A DNA stretch of 24,542 nt, taken from IMG/VR virus record IMGVR_UViG_3300032303_000159, positions 1 through 24,542 of that record; one strand, given 5' to 3'. This stretch comes from a virus (lineage: Duplodnaviria > Caudoviricetes). A program made the position numbers and the translations under genes. Within the stretch, counting starts at the first letter, position 1; each line of letters opens with the position of its first letter. The notes beneath the pieces were generated by a model that saw only the letters and a list, made by a program, of their open reading frames with translations, was not told where the DNA came from and searched no databases. Shown one piece after another: positions 8,447 to 14,157 of the stretch.

Positions 8447-8558
8447 TTTTACATTTCCTTTCTTCTTTACCTTTAGAGTAACCAACACGATAAGCAACCC
8501 ATGATCCATATAATACTAGAACAATAGATTGGATGAATAAATAAAGTTCAATTGACAT
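8433..8558 (-). CDS. 41-aa membrane peptide
   Basis: MSIELYLFIQSIVLVLYGSWVAYRVGYSKGKEERKCKNVCR; GGAG RBS. Confidence 0.65.
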   Translation of the reverse strand: MSIELYLFIQSIVLVLYGSWVAYRVGYSKGKEERKCKNVCR

Positions 8559-8559
8559 A

Positions 8560-8736
8560 TTAATCTCCGTTAGATGCAGCTTGATATTGTAACACTTTGA
8601 TCTTATTAATCAATAGGTTACGCTTAAGTTTGCGTTCATTTTTAGGGAACGCTTTGTATATCTTCCAGAATGCATGTGCATAGATTTCTTCTAATGCATC
8701 TGTATTATACTTTTCTAATTTAATATCTGTAGTCAT
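8560..8736 (-). CDS. 58-aa basic hypothetical protein
   Basis: MTTDIKLEKYNTDALEEIYAHAFWKIYKAFPKNERKLKRNLLINKIKVLQYQAASNGD; AAGGA RBS. Confidence 0.65.
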   Translation of the reverse strand: MTTDIKLEKYNTDALEEIYAHAFWKIYKAFPKNERKLKRNLLINKIKVLQYQAASNGD

Positions 8737-8830
8737 GATGGATTCCTTTAGGATCTAATTGTTCAAGACGCACACACAAATCGTGTGCGAGTAATTCTAT
8801 TGTTGCTTTACAAATTAAATATGAAGTCAT
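8720..8830 (-). CDS. 36-aa hypothetical protein
   Basis: MTSYLICKATIELLAHDLCVRLEQLDPKGIHHDYRY; TAAGGA RBS. Confidence 0.5.
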   Translation of the reverse strand: MTSYLICKATIELLAHDLCVRLEQLDPKGIHHDYRY

Positions 8831-8897
8831 ATTAATTTCCTTATTATAAATGTTGTGCCCCATTATTACAAGAGTTGTTGGCTCTTGCGAATGAGAC

Positions 8898-8924
8898 AAA
8901 AAAAAGCCCTCAATTAAGAGGGCT
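8898..8924 (-). terminator. Rho-independent terminator after the 124-aa gene
   Basis: Minus strand reads AGCCCTC-TTAATT-GAGGGCT followed by a T run. Confidence 0.85.
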
Positions 8925-8947
8925 ATAAACTATGGAGATTGTATAAC

Positions 8948-9322
8948 TTAAGCTGCTACTGCTATGTCACCTTCTACAACAGTGTAATCTACTTTAACTT
9001 TAGAAGTTGAAGGATTATCTGTTGAATCTGTTGATGCAGAAGCATTGTACATTGATGATTGATTGTCAATTGCTTCTGTGTTACCAGAGTTAGCTCGTTT
9101 AGCTACAGAGAGTTTGATACGATTACGTAGATCAGATAGTTCATCTACGAGATCAACGATCTCTTTAGCAAACGGTGATTTGTATCTTCGAAAATTTGTT
9201 TCTGCTTCTTGTAACAGTTGCAATGCTAGATAGATTCTTAAACCTGAGTTAGCTGGTTTTGTAATCTCATTGTACTTAGTAAAGTCAAAGTTAGATTTAG
9301 TTGTTGATGTTGATTGTGCCAT
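8948..9322 (-). CDS. 124-aa hypothetical protein, first gene of the leftward arm
   Basis: Start MAQSTSTTKS at 9322 with AGGAG RBS; helical core with a low-complexity S/T tail; has its own terminator. Confidence 0.8.
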   Translation of the reverse strand: MAQSTSTTKSNFDFTKYNEITKPANSGLRIYLALQLLQEAETNFRRYKSPFAKEIVDLVDELSDLRNRIKLSVAKRANSGNTEAIDNQSSMYNASASTDSTDNPSTSKVKVDYTVVEGDIAVAA

Positions 9323-9620
9323 AATAATGCTCCTAATTAAGGTTAATAATAAATGTCTCTTACGAGACAATTACTGTGCCATCACGGATTATTTAGTTAT
9401 GTTACATAGTAGGCTGCTTGTGGTCAGGGCTCTCTGCAAGAGGCACTGGACACATTGCAGATACTTCTGTAACAGAATGAAATGATTTGTGATGCACTTT
9501 GTAATTGACGTAAGAGATATATTATTAATCCTTATGGAGAGCATTTATGGTGCAATCTGTCAACAACCATAAAGATACATTGACTGACTAAATACAATAG
9601 GAAGTATGGCTAACGAAAGG
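9243..9620 (+). repeat. Long imperfect inverted repeat (arms ~9243-9394 and ~9480-9620); candidate structured ncRNA
   Basis: Colinear paired blocks: GTTAGCT/GGCTAAC, ATTGTA/TACAAT, AGTCAA/TTGACT, GTTGTTGA/TCAACAAC, GATTGTGCCATAA/TTATGGTGCAATC, ATGCTC/GAGCAT, TAAGG/CCTTA, TTAATAAT/ATTATTAA, TCTCTTACG/CGTAAGAGA, CAATTAC/GTAATTG, GTGC-ATCACGGATTATTT/AAATGATTTGTGATGCAC. Confidence 0.85.
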
Positions 9621-9647
9621 GGATAGTGTTAGATAATTAGTGTGAGC

Positions 9648-9660
9648 TAAGTTATTGATT
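9648..9660 (-). promoter_or_regulatory. IHF binding-site consensus
   Basis: Minus strand AATCAATAACTTA matches WATCAANNNNTTR exactly, in non-coding DNA. Confidence 0.5.
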
Positions 9661-10026
9661 GATTAGTGAGGTGGGATACACAGTAGACTTACTCAAGCTA
9701 GGGCTATGATTAGGTACTATAGTTAATCTATTATGTGTATGTATATTGATTATAGATTAGTTGTAGTTATATTGTATGTTATGTGTATGCTATAGCCAGG
9801 GGGATAGGGGTGAGTGTGTGTGGATATACCCCTAGGGGGAGCAATATATAAATTATATGTTCTTATGCTAGGGAGTAAACTAGATTTTATAAGGAATTAT
9901 CAATTAGGTCCAGTAAAGGTTTAGAATAAGGGCACCCTTACGGGGCTATTAGACTATGGTCCTCGTCTTAACTAAGTTCGTATTCTTAGACTTCGGACTT
10001 ACGTCCTCAGTCAACTACGTACCCTC

Positions 10027-10160
10027 TATTAATTACTAATTAATATTATTATATTAATATTATTATTATATTATTATAATATTATATATATATATTATAT
10101 AAATATATATAATTATAATATAATTAATAATTATTATAATTAATAATTAATTTATTTTAA
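10027..10160. other. Pure A/T block, candidate origin DNA-unwinding element
   Basis: A single C (10036) in 134 bp; 10037-10160 has no G or C. Confidence 0.8.
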
Positions 10161-10182
10161 CAGATCTTTATTCACTTGTCAA
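10154..10182 (-). promoter_or_regulatory. Leftward sigma70 promoter
   Basis: TTGACA-17 bp-TAAAAT with extended -10 TG. Confidence 0.75.
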
Positions 10183-10221
10183 GAAAAATATAAAATATTA
10201 CGAACAAGACCTCAATACCTA

Positions 10222-10250
10222 TTGACAAGTCTTAAAAACTGTGATATACT
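10222..10250 (+). promoter_or_regulatory. Rightward sigma70 promoter for the packaging/structural arm
   Basis: TTGACA-17 bp-TATACT with extended -10 TG. Confidence 0.8.
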
Positions 10251-10276
10251 ATTACCATACGAGTGAAATATTATTT

Positions 10277-10924
10277 ATGATTCGAGAAAACCTCCCAGAA
10301 GATACCAAGGAAGACAAGCTCTCTGGCTATAAGCTAGATGACAAAGAGATTATTCTAAGTAAGAAACGTGGTCCTGGTTTTAAGTTTAACAACCCTAGTT
10401 ACTTTAACCTTGAACAGAAGACAGATGCTTGTGCTCTGTATTGTGTTTATGGTGATGTAGACCAAGTCAGTGAAATGACTGGTATAGATCCTAAGTTCCT
10501 ACGTCAATGGCGTGATGAACCTTGGTGGTCTGAGATTCAAAAGAAGGTGTTTATTGAACAAAATGAAAAACTCGCATCTAGAATTTCTGGTGTACTTGAT
10601 CGTTCTCTTGATCATCTGGTCGATAGACTGGACAACGGGGACTATCTATGGGATGTCAGGAAATCCAAGCTGGTAAGAAAACCAGTAGATACTAAAGTTC
10701 TTTCGAACTTGTTCAATAATTTAATCACACGTAGGCAGTTAATACGTGGCGAACCAACTAGCATTACTACGCAGGTAGCGGTAGATGATAGACTTAAACT
10801 ACTCGCTGCTCAATTCCAAAAATTCGCACTAGCGAAAGAAATCGAAGGGGAAACTTATGGCAACACCAATGAAAAAACCAATGAAGAAAATGACAATGAA
10901 AAAGGGCATGAAAGAAAGCTCTAA
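10277..10924 (+). CDS. Probable terminase small subunit
   Basis: HTH-like segment (ACALYCVYGDVDQVSEMTGIDPKFLRQW) followed by helices; first gene of the arm containing TerL. The start is placed at ATG 10277 because the track start lies inside the promoter. Confidence 0.6.
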   Translation: MIRENLPEDTKEDKLSGYKLDDKEIILSKKRGPGFKFNNPSYFNLEQKTDACALYCVYGDVDQVSEMTGIDPKFLRQWRDEPWWSEIQKKVFIEQNEKLASRISGVLDRSLDHLVDRLDNGDYLWDVRKSKLVRKPVDTKVLSNLFNNLITRRQLIRGEPTSITTQVAVDDRLKLLAAQFQKFALAKEIEGETYGNTNEKTNEENDNEKGHERKL

Positions 10925-11000
10925 AGCTGAAAAAGCAATGGATAAAAAACAAATGATGGGCAGTTCTAAAATGAAAAAAGGCGCTAAGTGTGGCTACTAA
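10857..11000 (+). CDS. 47-aa Met/Lys-rich microprotein
   Basis: MATPMKKPMKKMTMKKGMKESSKAEKAMDKKQMMGSSKMKKGAKCGY; AGGGG RBS; overlaps the terS 3' end. Confidence 0.7.
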   Translation: MATPMKKPMKKMTMKKGMKESSKAEKAMDKKQMMGSSKMKKGAKCGY

Positions 11001-11142
11001 ACCTGGCCTCTATGCTAACATCCATGCTAAACAAGCTAGGATCAAAGCTGGTTCGGGTGAGAAGATGCGTAAAGTGGGAACGAAAGGTGCTCCTACTGCA
11101 AAAGCGTTTACAAAGAGTGCTAAGACTGCGAAAAGGAAATAA
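10990..11142 (+). CDS. 50-aa basic microprotein
   Basis: GTG start; MATKPGLYANIHAKQARIKAGSGEKMRKVGTKGAPTAKAFTKSAKTAKRK. Confidence 0.75.
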   Translation: MATKPGLYANIHAKQARIKAGSGEKMRKVGTKGAPTAKAFTKSAKTAKRK

Positions 11143-11146
11143 CTAA

Positions 11147-11329
11147 ATGGCAACTAAATCTAAAAATTGGATTGCTTCTGCAATCAAAAAGCCTGGAGCA
11201 CTCAAGAAGTCTCTAGGAGTTAAGAAAGGCGAGAAGATTCCAGCAGGTAAACTAGCTAAAGCAGCTAAAGCTCCTGGTAAAATGGGTCAACGTGCTCGTC
11301 TTGCACAGACTTTAAAAGGTTTTAAATAA
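11147..11329 (+). CDS. 60-aa Lys-rich microprotein
   Basis: AAGGA RBS; very basic (KNWI..AIKKPGAL). Confidence 0.8.
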   Translation: MATKSKNWIASAIKKPGALKKSLGVKKGEKIPAGKLAKAAKAPGKMGQRARLAQTLKGFK

Positions 11330-11330
11330 G

Positions 11331-11594
11331 ATGGCTACCAAAAAGAAGGGCGTAAGCCTCTCTATTGGTCGTGGTGAGAAGCTTCCTGCATCAAAAGGTG
11401 CTGGACTTACGGCTAAAGGCCGTGCTAAGTACAATGCTGCTACAGGTTCTCACCTAAAAGCCCCACAACCACAGGGTGGTGCTCGTAAGAAATCATTCTG
11501 TGCTAGGATGTCTGGTGTTCCAGGCCCTATGAAAGACAGTAAAGGGAGACCTACTCGTAAGGCAGCTGCACTAGCCCGTTGGAAATGCAACTAA
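11331..11594 (+). CDS. 87-aa basic protein (resembles DUF6321 from recall)
   Basis: GLTAKGRAKYN, RKKSFCARM and RKAAALARWKC motifs. Confidence 0.75.
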   Translation: MATKKKGVSLSIGRGEKLPASKGAGLTAKGRAKYNAATGSHLKAPQPQGGARKKSFCARMSGVPGPMKDSKGRPTRKAAALARWKCN

Positions 11595-12386
11595 ATGGCA
11601 GCCGATTACGTTGAGTTCTACCCTTCACAGGAATATGTAGATAAGAACTGGGCACCTGTTAAGATGCCTCTTAGTTCTTTCAACTCTCTAGCAAAGTCAC
11701 AGGCTATTGCAGAGAAAAAAGGAATATTAGCACCAGAAACTACAAAGTACTACCTACCTTCTGCTCTTACAGAGGGAAGATTTGGTGATTATGGTGTAAA
11801 TGAAGTAGCAGTTAACTATGGAACTCCTATTACCAAAGATGTTAAGGATGTTCTTGCTACTGAACAAGACTATAAACAACAATTAATGGCTTTGTTTCGT
11901 AATCAAAGTCAGATCCCTAAAGGGATTGATATAAGTAAGACAGGTGCTGAACTTAAAAAACAAAGACAGGCATATGGAGATGTATCTACTGATGAATCTT
12001 TATGGCCAGGCAATCAAAGCCAAAAACGTCTAAAAGAAATTGCAAGTTCTTTAGGAGTAGATCATCTTGTATCTCCTAAAATATTAAAAATAAAACAAGG
12101 GGACACTCTTGCAGATGCTAAGTATGATATGTATGATCCAAAAGATACATCATCCTTAGATGAAAGAGCTGCTCTTAAAACACTAGCAGTTGCTAACAAG
12201 TATCATGAGTCTGGTGGTAAAGCTAATGGACTTAAACTCTGGGAAATGTATAACGGAGCTGGGCCTAAAGCCCGTGAGTATGTTAAAAAGGTTCAACATG
12301 CTGATGAGATGATGACTCATCCTGCTAACAAAGATATGTACAACGCATATTTAAAACTTGTAGAAGAACATAGAAAAGTTAAATAA
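11595..12386 (+). CDS. Possible lysozyme-fold / lytic transglycosylase-like protein
   Basis: Candidate catalytic Glu at a helix end (SALTEGR) and C-terminal WEMYNGAG...YVKKV, resembling the SLT YNxG...YVxKV motif. Confidence 0.45.
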   Translation: MAADYVEFYPSQEYVDKNWAPVKMPLSSFNSLAKSQAIAEKKGILAPETTKYYLPSALTEGRFGDYGVNEVAVNYGTPITKDVKDVLATEQDYKQQLMALFRNQSQIPKGIDISKTGAELKKQRQAYGDVSTDESLWPGNQSQKRLKEIASSLGVDHLVSPKILKIKQGDTLADAKYDMYDPKDTSSLDERAALKTLAVANKYHESGGKANGLKLWEMYNGAGPKAREYVKKVQHADEMMTHPANKDMYNAYLKLVEEHRKVK

Positions 12387-12646
12387 TGCCAAGTACACCA
12401 AATTATAAACGAGATTACAAAGACGAGTATAAGAAACATCACTCTAGTCCGCAAGCTAAGGCCGATAGAGCTGCACGAAATAAAGCAGCAAGGGCTAAGG
12501 GTCAACCAGGTAAAGATGTAGACCACAAGGTACCTTTACGCAAAGGTGGAAGCAAGTCTTTAAGTAATACTAAACTTAGAAGTGTTTCTTCTAATAGATC
12601 AGCTAATGGTCATAAACCAGGTGAGAAACAAATAAAACGTAAATGA
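12386..12646 (+). CDS. HNH endonuclease-like protein
   Basis: DVDHKVPLRKGG...SN...NRS (H-N-N variant); translationally coupled to terL. Confidence 0.75.
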   Translation: MPSTPNYKRDYKDEYKKHHSSPQAKADRAARNKAARAKGQPGKDVDHKVPLRKGGSKSLSNTKLRSVSSNRSANGHKPGEKQIKRK

Positions 12647-14154
12647 AACTAACCCCAGATCTTATCCATGGATTTGCTGGGGCTTGTTTAGCAAAGAGGT
12701 ACGATGGTTCTACCCCTACTCCGCAATGCCATCTGGAGTGGTGGGATCTCTGTTGCAGCGACAATCCTCTTGTAGCAATCGCAGCCCCGCGGGCACACGG
12801 TAAATCAACTGCGATCACTCATGCCTACTTGCTCGCTGCTCTTTTATTTAGAGACAGGAAGTTTGCTTTAATAGTTTCAGATACTGAGAGTCAGGCAACT
12901 AACTTCCTCAGTGATCTTAAAGATGAACTTGTTAACAATGAAGACTTGATTAACCTATTTGGTATCAAAGGTCTTATTAAAGATTCACAGACTGACATCA
13001 TTGTAGAGTTTACAGATGGTGAACAGTTTAGAGTTCTAGTACGTGGTGCAGAACAAAGAGTCCGAGGTTTGAAATGGGACCAACGACGACCAGATTTAAT
13101 TATATGTGATGACTTAGAAGGCGATGAACAAGTACAAAGCAAAGACCGTAGAGAGAAATTCAGAAGATGGTTTTACGCTGCACTTCTTCCTTGTAGGTCT
13201 CAGCATGGTATTGTACGTGTTGTGGGAACTGTGTTACATCTCGATTCCCTACTCAATCGTGTTATGCCTCCCGATTATGATGGCGATTATACTAAGGTTG
13301 ATCCGCTAAGAACTTATTCAACACGGAAACGTGTAGAGTGGAGATCTGTAAGATACAGAGCTCACTCAGAAGATTACCAGCACATACTATGGGCTGACAG
13401 ATATAATGCAGAGTTCTTTCAAACTAAGAAAGAAGATTATACTAAACAGGGTATCCCTGAAGTATATGCACAAGAGTTTTTAAACTATCCAATTGATGAG
13501 TCGACAGCTTACTTTAAACGTCCTGACTTTATTGAGATACCAAAGTTTACACTAGATGCAATTAAACACAAAGAAAAGAAACTTACTTACTATGCTGCAG
13601 TTGACTTCGCCATCTCTACTAGAGAACGTAGCGATTATACTGTCATTGCTATTGGTGGTATTGATTCAGATGGTCTAATGAACATTGTAGACATTCGAAG
13701 AGGAAGATGGGATTCCTTGGAGATTGTTGAAGAGATGTTTGCAGTACAAAAGAAGTTTGAACCTCAATACTTTGTAACTGAACGAGGAGCTATTGAGAAG
13801 GCTCTAGGTCCAATACTAAGACGTGAGCAGTTAGCTAGACAACAATACATGAGTCTATTCCCTATGACTCCTACAAAAGATAAACAAACTAGAGCACGAT
13901 CATTTCAAGCTAGGTTTAGAGCTGGTGGTGTTAGGTTTGATAAGAGTGCTCCTTGGTATCCTGACTTAGAAGAAGAGATGGTTCGCTTCCCTAAAGCTAG
14001 ACATGATGACCAAGTGGATGCTTTAAGTTGGTTAGGTCTTATTGTAGACCAAGTACAAGATGCTGATACTCCTGAAGAGGAAGATGAGTATGAGTATGAA
14101 AATGCTAAACGTCAACATCAACAAGATGGACGATCACAAATAACTGGATATTAA
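12643..14154 (+). CDS. terL: Terminase large subunit
   Basis: Walker A APRAHGKST, Walker B LIICDDLE, coupling motif VGT, nuclease AVDFA, SDYT and HDDQVDA. Confidence 0.95.
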   Translation: MKLTPDLIHGFAGACLAKRYDGSTPTPQCHLEWWDLCCSDNPLVAIAAPRAHGKSTAITHAYLLAALLFRDRKFALIVSDTESQATNFLSDLKDELVNNEDLINLFGIKGLIKDSQTDIIVEFTDGEQFRVLVRGAEQRVRGLKWDQRRPDLIICDDLEGDEQVQSKDRREKFRRWFYAALLPCRSQHGIVRVVGTVLHLDSLLNRVMPPDYDGDYTKVDPLRTYSTRKRVEWRSVRYRAHSEDYQHILWADRYNAEFFQTKKEDYTKQGIPEVYAQEFLNYPIDESTAYFKRPDFIEIPKFTLDAIKHKEKKLTYYAAVDFAISTRERSDYTVIAIGGIDSDGLMNIVDIRRGRWDSLEIVEEMFAVQKKFEPQYFVTERGAIEKALGPILRREQLARQQYMSLFPMTPTKDKQTRARSFQARFRAGGVRFDKSAPWYPDLEEEMVRFPKARHDDQVDALSWLGLIVDQVQDADTPEEEDEYEYENAKRQHQQDGRSQITGY

Positions 14155-14157
14155 TAA

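Noticed and set aside
8608-8620. Second IHF consensus (AATCAATAGGTTA)
   Set aside because: Inside a coding region; chance matches are expected in AT-rich DNA.
9270-9485. 71-aa plus-strand ORF across the inverted repeat
   Set aside because: TTG start without an RBS, Cys-rich random-looking composition, and antisense overlap with the 124-aa gene.
9323-10276. tRNA, CRISPR array or retron in the non-coding junction
   Set aside because: No T-loop/anticodon cloverleaf of tRNA size, no regularly spaced direct repeats, and no reverse transcriptase in the window.
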